Shown in pieces: positions 14,697 through 22,586 of a DNA stretch of 26,831 nucleotides (position 1 is the first letter of the stretch; each line of letters starts with the position of its first letter). Under the pieces are notes generated by a model. That model was not told where the DNA came from. It did no database searches and worked only from the letters and a program-made list of their open reading frames with translations. The DNA lies in contig JBGANF010000110.1 of assembly GCA_044222475.1 (NCBI GenBank), forward strand, positions 1 to 26,831, given 5' to 3'. The position numbers and the translations under genes were made by a program. The DNA is from Polyangiaceae bacterium (GTDB taxonomy: Bacteria; Myxococcota_A; Polyangia; Polyangiales; Polyangiaceae).

Positions 14697-17537
14697 TCAC
14701 TTCGCCGTGCCGTCGAAATACTTGCGCGCGAGCGCGACCGCGCCCTTGCCGACCTGGCTCCCCGTGCTGCGACCAGCGAAGTCGTCGGGCTCGATGTGAA
14801 TGCTGCCCCAGATGCGTGACTGGCCCGCTTGGTCGGCGGCGTCGTAGTATGTCGCCCATTGAAGCTTCACTGGGACACTTGGTCCCTTCTCGAAGCTCAG
14901 GTACCCGGGTGTGAGCGTCGTCTCGCCCAGACCGCCGGGGAAGTACGGCGAGCCGGTGAGGTCGGCGAGCACTTCGGCCGCGCTTCGGCTGTAGGTGCTG
15001 TGACCTGAGATGAACCCGGGGAAGGGAGGTGTGACGAAGCTGCGCCGTTGGTAGGGCCACCACTCGACCGCGCGGATCCAGCCCACGCCTCCGAAGTCGT
15101 TGACCCGGTCACCCGGTTCGCTTCGCCAGGTGCGTACCGCGACCTGCCCTACATAGAGGTGAAGATGCTCGTGCCGCTGACCGGGCGCCGAGCTCTCTTT
15201 GGAGATGACCTCGATCAAGCCCGGAACCAACGGCAGCCCCTCGGGGCTGTACGACGGCCCGGTGGGATCGCTCGACTGCCCCTTCCCGCCCATGTAGCGA
15301 ATGTACGTCGATGGGCGGCCACCGAGCTGCCGACGCTTGATGTCCCATGCTGCACACGCGGCGTCGTGGACCGCCCCGTTCACCGCGAGGTACATCTTCA
15401 CGTCCCACTCGAGCGCGTCGAGGACCGGGCCGGCGCCGCCGAGCTTGCGCACGAACGCCGGGTTGTCGACGACGTAGTTCGAGAGCACGTTCCAGTGGCC
15501 GGGCGGAGTCTCCGACTTCGGTCCATCGGCCCAGAACTCGGCCAGCACTCGCCCGAAGTCCGCGATCGGGACGACGTTCGGCGCGTAGGCCTGGTTCGTG
15601 ACGGGATTGACCGTGTAGCCCTTGCCGTCGTTCGTTCCGAGGGTGTTGTTACCGATCGCGCCGGGTGAGATGTCGATCGTCTTCGTCGAACCGGGATCGA
15701 ACTCCGCGTCCTTCGCGAGGACCTCGATGAGCCACGTCTTCATGCCGGGGTCGGAGATCTTCGGCGCGGGGCCGGCGTTCTTCCAGGGGTCGCCCGTGTT
15801 CGCCTTGGTGAGCGCGAACGGCGCAACCGAGCCCCACTGGGCGCCGACGTACGTCTGCACGCCGGCCGGCAGGATGATGCCGTTCTGCGTCGCCGCAACC
15901 GAGAGGTTGAGCTGCTGCCAAAGGTCGGGGTTCGTCCCGGTGGGCGCGCCGATCTGGTCCATGACGAGGGGCGGGTTCACCGGCGTGAACGATGGGTCGG
16001 CGTAGTTGTTCGCTTCATTCGCTCCGTCGCCGAGCGTCGCAGCGATGACCGCGGCGCCGATGCGGTTGCCCACCGCGCGCGCGTCGGTCCCGGTGGTGTG
16101 ACCATCGGTGGGGTCGTAGCCGAGCCGCTTCATCACCGCGTCGTAGCAAGCGACCGAAATCGCGCCGCCGACCGCCTTCTGATAGCGCTGCACGAGGACG
16201 CGATACGCCGCGTAGCTGATCGCTTCGTTGCGCGCGAGCGCGACGTCGGTCGCGGTGTTCTTCTCGGTCGTGAAGACGCCGTCCGCCGTCGAGTCGTACG
16301 ATGCCCACGCGTCCCACATGGTCCGCGCGTGCACTGGGGGACGCGGAAGGTCGCGACGGATCGACGCGAGGATCTGCTCGTCCCACTGGCGCGCGACCGA
16401 CTTGTCCTTGGCCGCGTCGATCACGGCTTGCGGGCACACCGCCGGCGGCGCGGCGTCGCCATCGACACCGCCGTCGCCGACCGGCGCTTGCTGATACGTC
16501 GGTACGTGCGCACCGAAGTGAAGAATCGCCCCGGCGTCGAGAGCAGTGGAGAGCACGTTCCCTCCGACCGACCACACGCCGCCTTGAGGATCGACCCACG
16601 CCGCGTGGAGCGACTGCACGCCGAGCTGCTGGGCGTGCTCGACCTGGATCCACTTCGCGTCCTTGCGGCGATACATGTTGCCCTTCTCGCCTGACGCCCA
16701 GCCGTCGCCTCCGGCGACGAGCGAAATCCCTTGGATGAGCGGCGCACCGACGGGTGACACGTCAGTGGTGGTCGCCCCATCCCTGCTCTCGAAGATGACG
16801 CCGTTGCTGCCTCCCCCGACGATGCCGATGAGGCCGTCACTGGAGCCGCTGACGGTGAAGAGCGTCTCCTTGGTGGTCGTCTTGACGACGCTGAAGCCCT
16901 TGGTCTTCCCGCCGTGGAGGACCGTTCCTGCTCCACCCACGACCCACACGTCTTCGGAGCTCGTGCCCCAGACCTTGAACAGACCTGGGACCTCGTTGTT
17001 CGGAAGACGCGGGATGTCGTCGGGCAAGCGAACCACGGTCCACGCGGTTCCGTCCCAGCGCCAAAGAAAGCCGTTGTGCCCGGACCAACCGCCGACCGCG
17101 TAGGCCTCGGTCGCGCTCGCCGCCCAGACGCCGAAGACGGTGTCCCGCCCGAGGCCCGGCGTCTTCATGCGCTCGAACGCTCCATTTTGGTACCGGAGGA
17201 TCATGCCTCCCGCGCCCGCCATGAACACCGGGCCATTGGGGACGGCGTGAACCCACCAGAGGTCTGCGTGCTGCCCGGTCGTGAGCGGGGACCACGCCGT
17301 GCCGTCGTAGTGGAGTACGGCGGGACCATTCGTCGCGCTCTTGTCGGCACCGACGGCCCAGACGTCCTTGTCCGAGGTGCCCGACACCGAGAGAAGCGCC
17401 GCCGGAAGGCCCTTCGACACGGTCTCCCACTCCAGGGTCGGCGGAGGCGGGGGATCGACGATGGTCTCTTTGCAGCCGAAGAATCCTCCGGTGACGACCG
17501 CGATCGGAGCGAGCAAAGCAAGATGGCGCATGCGCAT
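14697..17537 (-). CDS. Lipoprotein: 7-repeat beta-propeller fused to a vanadium-dependent haloperoxidase (PAP2 superfamily) domain
   Basis: Start ATG 17537 or 17531, lipobox FFG-C. Seven L-x-x-V-W-G...V-W-A-V-G...I-L-x-(Y/W)-D-G-x-x-W-type repeats. C-domain carries K-x6-RP (KRRQLGGRP), PPFPGFISGHS and SR-x5-H-x3-D (SRIWGSIHIEPD), plus EFWADGP..ETPPGHW. Confidence 0.85.
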   Translation of the reverse strand: MRMRHLALLAPIAVVTGGFFGCKETIVDPPPPPTLEWETVSKGLPAALLSVSGTSDKDVWAVGADKSATNGPAVLHYDGTAWSPLTTGQHADLWWVHAVPNGPVFMAGAGGMILRYQNGAFERMKTPGLGRDTVFGVWAASATEAYAVGGWSGHNGFLWRWDGTAWTVVRLPDDIPRLPNNEVPGLFKVWGTSSEDVWVVGGAGTVLHGGKTKGFSVVKTTTKETLFTVSGSSDGLIGIVGGGSNGVIFESRDGATTTDVSPVGAPLIQGISLVAGGDGWASGEKGNMYRRKDAKWIQVEHAQQLGVQSLHAAWVDPQGGVWSVGGNVLSTALDAGAILHFGAHVPTYQQAPVGDGGVDGDAAPPAVCPQAVIDAAKDKSVARQWDEQILASIRRDLPRPPVHARTMWDAWASYDSTADGVFTTEKNTATDVALARNEAISYAAYRVLVQRYQKAVGGAISVACYDAVMKRLGYDPTDGHTTGTDARAVGNRIGAAVIAATLGDGANEANNYADPSFTPVNPPLVMDQIGAPTGTNPDLWQQLNLSVAATQNGIILPAGVQTYVGAQWGSVAPFALTKANTGDPWKNAGPAPKISDPGMKTWLIEVLAKDAEFDPGSTKTIDISPGAIGNNTLGTNDGKGYTVNPVTNQAYAPNVVPIADFGRVLAEFWADGPKSETPPGHWNVLSNYVVDNPAFVRKLGGAGPVLDALEWDVKMYLAVNGAVHDAACAAWDIKRRQLGGRPSTYIRYMGGKGQSSDPTGPSYSPEGLPLVPGLIEVISKESSAPGQRHEHLHLYVGQVAVRTWRSEPGDRVNDFGGVGWIRAVEWWPYQRRSFVTPPFPGFISGHSTYSRSAAEVLADLTGSPYFPGGLGETTLTPGYLSFEKGPSVPVKLQWATYYDAADQAGQSRIWGSIHIEPDDFAGRSTGSQVGKGAVALARKYFDGTAK

Positions 17538-17553
17538 GATGGCTGGACCCCCG

Positions 17554-17570
17554 AGCAAGAGACGCGCCAG
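17554..17570 (-). promoter_or_regulatory. Putative sigma54 (-24/-12) promoter for the haloperoxidase gene
   Basis: Minus strand reads CTGGCGCGTCTCTTGCT versus consensus YTGGCACG-N4-TTGCW. Exact GG-N10-GC spacing, 16 nt upstream of ATG 17537. Confidence 0.65.
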
Positions 17571-17663
17571 CGAAAAGGGCGGCGCTTTCGTGGATGACGC
17601 CGGCGAGTGTGCCACGAACCGCGACAGTTGTGTCAGGCCGCGGAAGCGCGATACTTCGCGGCG

Positions 17664-19877
17664 ATGTCGGCAGTGAGACGCGCAACCCGGAGGCTCGGAG
17701 GAGCCATCGCCGCGTTCGTCTGTTCGCCGACCGTGCTCGGCGCGCTCTACTTGCTCGTCCTCACCGGACTCGCATCGCGGGCGCCGATCGTCGCCGAAGG
17801 CGACCGAGCGCTCGGCGCACAAGCGCGCGAGGTCTCGACCTTCGTCATGGATGCGTTCGGGCCCGAGCTTCGTCGCGTCGCGATCGCGATCGGCGCCGCC
17901 GCTGTCGTCATCGGATTCGCGCTCGGCGCGATCGCCGGGCTCCTCGTTCGCCTGCGACGACGGCTCGCGCTCGCGCCGGAGCTCGCGCCGGTACGACTCG
18001 GGCTCGCATCGTTGCCGGTGACGGCCGCGATCCATGCGCTGCTCGTCCTCCGAGCCATGGCGACGAGCCCGCAGCTCTACGCAGAGACCTGGTACGCGCA
18101 GGGCGGCGCGCGACGAGTGGTCCAGATCTTCGCGACCGACGTCCTCGGCGCGCGCGGGGTCAGCGTGCTCGCGGCGATCGTGCTCGTCCTCTTCCTCGCC
18201 GGTCCGCGAAAGGCGTGGCGCCTCTGGCCCACGCGCGTGCGACGCCTCGTCTCGATGCTCCGCGCGATCCCGGCCGGCGCCGCCGCACCTGCGGCCGCTC
18301 TCGTTCTCCTCGTCGCCACCTTCCCGCGCTCCTCGGACGCACGCGCGGCGGCGCCCGCGAGCAGCGGCCCGATGAACGTCGTCGTGATCGCGGCCGACTC
18401 GCTCCGCGCCGATCGCCTCACGCCGGCGGTCGCCCCGCACCTCGACGCGCTCGCCGCCGGAGGCACGCGCTTCGACCGTGCGTACGTCTCGCTTCCTCGT
18501 ACGTTCCCGTCTTGGGTCACGCTCCTCACCGGGCGCCACCCGCACCACCACGGTGTGCGTTCGATGTTCGCGCGGTGGGAGGACCGCGAGAAGAGCTTCG
18601 ACGCGCTCCCTTCCCGCCTTCGCGCGCGCGGGTACTCGACGGCGGTCGTCAGCGACTACGCCGGGGACATCTTCGGCCGGGTCGATCTCGGCTTCGATCG
18701 GGTGGACACCCCCGCCTTCGACTTCGTCGAGCTGCTTCGCCAGCGCGCGCTCGAACGTCAGACTCCGCTTCTCCCGATCCTGCACTCGCGAGCCGGCCGG
18801 CGGTTCTTCCCCACGTTGCGCGAGATGAACCAAGCCGCGGACCCCGCGATGCTCGCGAGCGATGCCGAGGCGTCGCTCGACGATCTCGCGCGCGGCGGGA
18901 AACCGTTCTTCCTGACGGTCTTCTTCTCGACCGCCCATTTCCCGTACGCAGCGCCGGCGCCGTACTATGCAAAGTACACGGACCCCTCGTATCGCGGTCG
19001 GTTCAAGTACCACAAGCCGGTCGGGCTCACGCAGGACCCCGACCCCACTCCGGAGGACGTGCAGCAGGTGCGCGCGCTCTTCGACGGCGCGGTGACGAGC
19101 ATCGACGACGCTGCAGCCCGCCTGCTCGCCGAGCTCGACCGGCTCGGCCTCCGCGAGCGCACCATCGTGATCATCACCGCCGATCACGGAGAGACCCTGT
19201 ACGACAACGGTCACGGCCACGGCCACGGCGATCACCTCTTCGGCGACGAAGGCACGCACGTTCCGTTCGTCGTCGTCGATCCGCGCCGGCCTGGCGGAAG
19301 GCGCGACGACCGCATCGTCCGCGACGTCGACCTCGCCGCGACGCTCTACGACCTGACCGCGACGCCCCCACCGGCCGACCTCGACGGTGTGTCGCTCGTG
19401 CCGGCGCTCGACGGAAAGGCGACGGCCAAGACGTTCGCCTACGCCGAGACCGAGCTCTGGATGGGTGACGTCGTCGGCCTGCCCGATGCGCTGCGGCTCC
19501 CCTACCCGACCCTCGCGCACCTCACCGAGATCGACGTGGCCCACGGCCACGAGCTCGTGCTCCAGAAGGAGCTCGAGGACGTGACCACCGTCGCGCGGCA
19601 CCGCATGGTGCGCGACGAGCGATGGAAGCTCCTCTACATCCCGACCCGCGAAGGCGCGCGCTACATGCTCTTCGACACCGTGGCCGATCCGGCGGAGCTC
19701 CACGACGTGGCCGACGATCACCCGGCCGAGGTCCAAGCGCTGCGCGGCGAGTTGTGGCGGTGGATGCTCTCGGATCCGCGCATGGTGGAGCGCGGCGGAT
19801 TCCTCGTCCCTCGGTCGCCGAGCGCCGGCGCCGTCGCCGATGCGCGGGGGCTTCGTCTCCCTGGAGGGCCGAAGTGA
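17664..19877 (+). CDS. Membrane-anchored sulfatase-like hydrolase/transferase (alkaline phosphatase superfamily), Thr-type
   Basis: About 5 N-terminal TM helices; NVVVIAADSLRAD, SLPRTFPSWVTLLTG, HFPY, TADHGE, HVPF, DVDLAATL, LFD...DPAE. Start at ATG 17664. Confidence 0.85.
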   Translation: MSAVRRATRRLGGAIAAFVCSPTVLGALYLLVLTGLASRAPIVAEGDRALGAQAREVSTFVMDAFGPELRRVAIAIGAAAVVIGFALGAIAGLLVRLRRRLALAPELAPVRLGLASLPVTAAIHALLVLRAMATSPQLYAETWYAQGGARRVVQIFATDVLGARGVSVLAAIVLVLFLAGPRKAWRLWPTRVRRLVSMLRAIPAGAAAPAAALVLLVATFPRSSDARAAAPASSGPMNVVVIAADSLRADRLTPAVAPHLDALAAGGTRFDRAYVSLPRTFPSWVTLLTGRHPHHHGVRSMFARWEDREKSFDALPSRLRARGYSTAVVSDYAGDIFGRVDLGFDRVDTPAFDFVELLRQRALERQTPLLPILHSRAGRRFFPTLREMNQAADPAMLASDAEASLDDLARGGKPFFLTVFFSTAHFPYAAPAPYYAKYTDPSYRGRFKYHKPVGLTQDPDPTPEDVQQVRALFDGAVTSIDDAAARLLAELDRLGLRERTIVIITADHGETLYDNGHGHGHGDHLFGDEGTHVPFVVVDPRRPGGRRDDRIVRDVDLAATLYDLTATPPPADLDGVSLVPALDGKATAKTFAYAETELWMGDVVGLPDALRLPYPTLAHLTEIDVAHGHELVLQKELEDVTTVARHRMVRDERWKLLYIPTREGARYMLFDTVADPAELHDVADDHPAEVQALRGELWRWMLSDPRMVERGGFLVPRSPSAGAVADARGLRLPGGPK

Positions 19878-22561
19878 ACCGCGGGGCTCTCGCGCGCATC
19901 GGGCTCACCGCCACGTGTGGAGCGGCACTCGTGATCCTCGCCCACCGCTTCGGCGGCGCCGAGGACGCCCACCAGCGCCCCGCCGCGAGCGCCAGCGCCA
20001 CCGCGAACGAACCAGCCCCGCACGCCGGCGCGGAGGAGGAAGAAGCGCTCGACCTCGTGCAGCTCCTCGGCGAAGCGCAAGTCGACATCCCGAACCTCGC
20101 CAAGGGCACGATGCTGTTCTCCCCGCATTGGCGACGCATGGCGGTTCCGTTCCTCTCGCTCCCACCCGACCGGGCCAAGCTCGCGACGAGCGTGGCGCTG
20201 CGCACCAGCGACGAGGTGAAGCAGTGGTCCGTCCCGACGGCTTCGGGGGGCGCGTGGACGCCTGACGCACGCGTGTGGAACATGAGCGAAGGCAGCTTCG
20301 ATCAGAGAGAGGCCATCTTCGCGCCGACCCCGGCCAAGCTCTCGTTCCACCTTCGGGTGCCAGCCCACGCGACGTTCTCGTTCGCGCCTGGGACCGCCAA
20401 CTGGGCTGGTGACGACACCACGTTCTCGGTGAACGTCGTCGATGCCCAGGGCAAGGTCGTCCCACTTTGGGACAAGCGGTACTCCGCCGAGGCGACGCGA
20501 GGCTGGGCCGACGAGGAGCGACTGGACCTCTCGACGTGGGCGGGCCAGGAGATCGAGCTCCAACTGGTCACGGCGGCCTCACCGCGAGCGGCACCGCCGC
20601 CGAAGCCGATGCCCCGAAAGAAGCCGGTCGACGGCGGAGCCCCCGCCGCGACGGAGGACGTACTCGGCGCCACCGGTTTGACCCTCGCGCTGTGGGGCAA
20701 CCCCACGATCCACGCGCAACGTCAGCCGAAGCTCCCGTACAACGTGCTCTTCATCGTCGTCGACGCGCTCCGCCCCGACGCGATCGCGAGCTTCCACGAC
20801 AGCGCCGTCGATCAAGCGAAGCTCGCGGCGCAGTACCCACCTCTCGAGGCCTACGTCCCGAAAATCGACGGGCTCGTCCCGAACCTCGACGCCCTCGCCA
20901 CGCGCGGCGTCCGGTTCACCCAGGCGTACTCCGGCGGCTCGTGGACGCGCCCCGGCACGCTGTCGATGCTCTCGGGATCCCGCTCGACCGAGCTCGGCGT
21001 CGAGACGCTCCCGTGGGTCCTCCCCGACGCCGAGACGTCGCACTACTACGCGTCCGACCCGCCGCTGCTGGCGCTGCTCCTCCGTCGTGCCGGAGCCGCG
21101 ACCCGCGCGTTCGTGAACAACTATTTCATGGTCGGCTATGCGCCGGTCGGCGTCGACATGGGCTTCGCCCGCGTAGACGACCACCGCTTCCGCACGAAGG
21201 ACACGGCTCTCGTCACCGAGAACGCGATCCATTGGCTGAAAGAGAACTCGAAGAGCCGGTTCTTCATGTTCTGCAACTACAACTCGCCTCACGAGCCGTG
21301 GGAGCCGCCGCCGCAGTTTCTCCAGCGCGTGCCGCCCCCGCCCGCCGGCCCTCGCGACGACGTGATCCGTCGCTACCTCGCCGAGGCCGCCAAGGACGAC
21401 GAAGCGATCGGGATGCTCCTCCACACGCTCGACGAGCTCGGACTGCGCGACAACACCCTCGTCGTCGTCACCGCCGACCACGGCGAGACGTTCTCGTCCG
21501 CCCACGCCGGGGTGTCGCTCCTCGACAAGATGCAGGTGCGCTTCCATCACGCGGTGTCGAACTTCGAGGAGACGACCCACGTCCCGATCCTGATGTCGCT
21601 TCCCAAGGTGCTCCCCGAGAACCTCGCCGTCTCGACCCGCGTACGAAATACGGATCTCGCACCGACCATCCTCGAGATCCTCGGGCTCGAGAAGAACGGC
21701 AAGATGAGCGGTGCGTCGCTCCTTCCGTTGGTGCACGGCGCCAAGGAACCCGACGAGCGCGTGGTCGTCACCGAAGGTCGCGGAACTCGCGCGATCCTCG
21801 CCGGGCACTGGCGCGCGATCTTCCGCGAAGGGAAGGCTCAGACGTGGACGATCGGAGAGAAGACGGTGAACGTCGCCGAGGAGCTCTACGACCTCGATGC
21901 CGACCCGGGTGAGCGTCACAACCTGGCGCGCGCGAAACCCGACGTCGTCGCCGAGATGCGCGCCCGACTCGACGCAGCGAAGCTCAACGTGCCGGTCGCC
22001 GGGTCGGCAGCGAGCCTCGCTCCGACCTCCACCGAATCCGTGCCGCGCGTGCGCATGCGCTTCGCCGGTCGAGGATCGACGCACCGCGTGTCCGGATCCA
22101 TCACCGTGAACGCAGGCGCGAGGCCGGTGAGCATCCACTTCGACCCCGTGGCCCTCGCGAAGGATGCGTTCCGTCTCGACGGCAGCAAGCTCGATCTCGC
22201 GATCGTCACCGTCCCCGACGCGGTGGTCGGCCTCGACCTCGTCGTGACGCCGCCCGATGCTGCGATCACGTGGCAGCTGTACCTCGATGACACGCCGTGG
22301 CCCGTGCGCGCGGCGTTCTTCGGTCCGTTCGGGCTCTACGACCCTAGCGCGTGGGTCGGACTCGTCGACGACACGTCTCGAGCGGCCGCTGCCGCGCGCG
22401 CACTGCCGACGATCGACCCCGCGCGGGACCTCGGGCTCTTCGTCGTGCGCGATCCCGGCACCGGCGCCGGAGCTGGACCCGCCCGCGCCACGAGCGCCGA
22501 AGGGAAAGACGAGATGGAGCGCCTCCTCAAGGAGTGGGGCTACGCCCACGGGAGCAAGTAG
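19874..22561 (+). CDS. Exported or anchored sulfatase-like hydrolase/transferase (alkaline phosphatase superfamily), Thr-type
   Basis: GTG 19874 overlaps the upstream TGA. N-terminal signal/anchor and beta-sandwich-like region; NVLFIVVDALRPD, SWTRPGTLSMLSG, PHEPW, TADHGE, DLAPTIL, ELYDLDADPGE..NL; C-terminal LKEWGY. Confidence 0.85.
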   Translation: MNRGALARIGLTATCGAALVILAHRFGGAEDAHQRPAASASATANEPAPHAGAEEEEALDLVQLLGEAQVDIPNLAKGTMLFSPHWRRMAVPFLSLPPDRAKLATSVALRTSDEVKQWSVPTASGGAWTPDARVWNMSEGSFDQREAIFAPTPAKLSFHLRVPAHATFSFAPGTANWAGDDTTFSVNVVDAQGKVVPLWDKRYSAEATRGWADEERLDLSTWAGQEIELQLVTAASPRAAPPPKPMPRKKPVDGGAPAATEDVLGATGLTLALWGNPTIHAQRQPKLPYNVLFIVVDALRPDAIASFHDSAVDQAKLAAQYPPLEAYVPKIDGLVPNLDALATRGVRFTQAYSGGSWTRPGTLSMLSGSRSTELGVETLPWVLPDAETSHYYASDPPLLALLLRRAGAATRAFVNNYFMVGYAPVGVDMGFARVDDHRFRTKDTALVTENAIHWLKENSKSRFFMFCNYNSPHEPWEPPPQFLQRVPPPPAGPRDDVIRRYLAEAAKDDEAIGMLLHTLDELGLRDNTLVVVTADHGETFSSAHAGVSLLDKMQVRFHHAVSNFEETTHVPILMSLPKVLPENLAVSTRVRNTDLAPTILEILGLEKNGKMSGASLLPLVHGAKEPDERVVVTEGRGTRAILAGHWRAIFREGKAQTWTIGEKTVNVAEELYDLDADPGERHNLARAKPDVVAEMRARLDAAKLNVPVAGSAASLAPTSTESVPRVRMRFAGRGSTHRVSGSITVNAGARPVSIHFDPVALAKDAFRLDGSKLDLAIVTVPDAVVGLDLVVTPPDAAITWQLYLDDTPWPVRAAFFGPFGLYDPSAWVGLVDDTSRAAAAARALPTIDPARDLGLFVVRDPGTGAGAGPARATSAEGKDEMERLLKEWGYAHGSK

Positions 22562-22586
22562 GCTAGGTTGTCCGCGATCGAACGCG

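Noticed and set aside
14697..17537. Halogenated natural-product biosynthetic cluster around the haloperoxidase
   Set aside because: No PKS, NRPS, terpene, prenyltransferase or RiPP precursor genes in the window, and the enzyme is predicted to be extracytoplasmic.
17570..17591. Imperfect inverted repeat CGAAAAGGGC...GCGCTTTCG as a terminator
   Set aside because: Short and mismatched, lies between divergent starts rather than after a stop, and has no U-tract.
14697..19736. 1679-aa minus-strand ORF as one giant protein
   Set aside because: The first ~730 codons are the antisense shadow of the sulfatase-like gene at 17664-19877. The signal peptide, lipobox and sigma54 promoter place the real start at 17537 or 17531.
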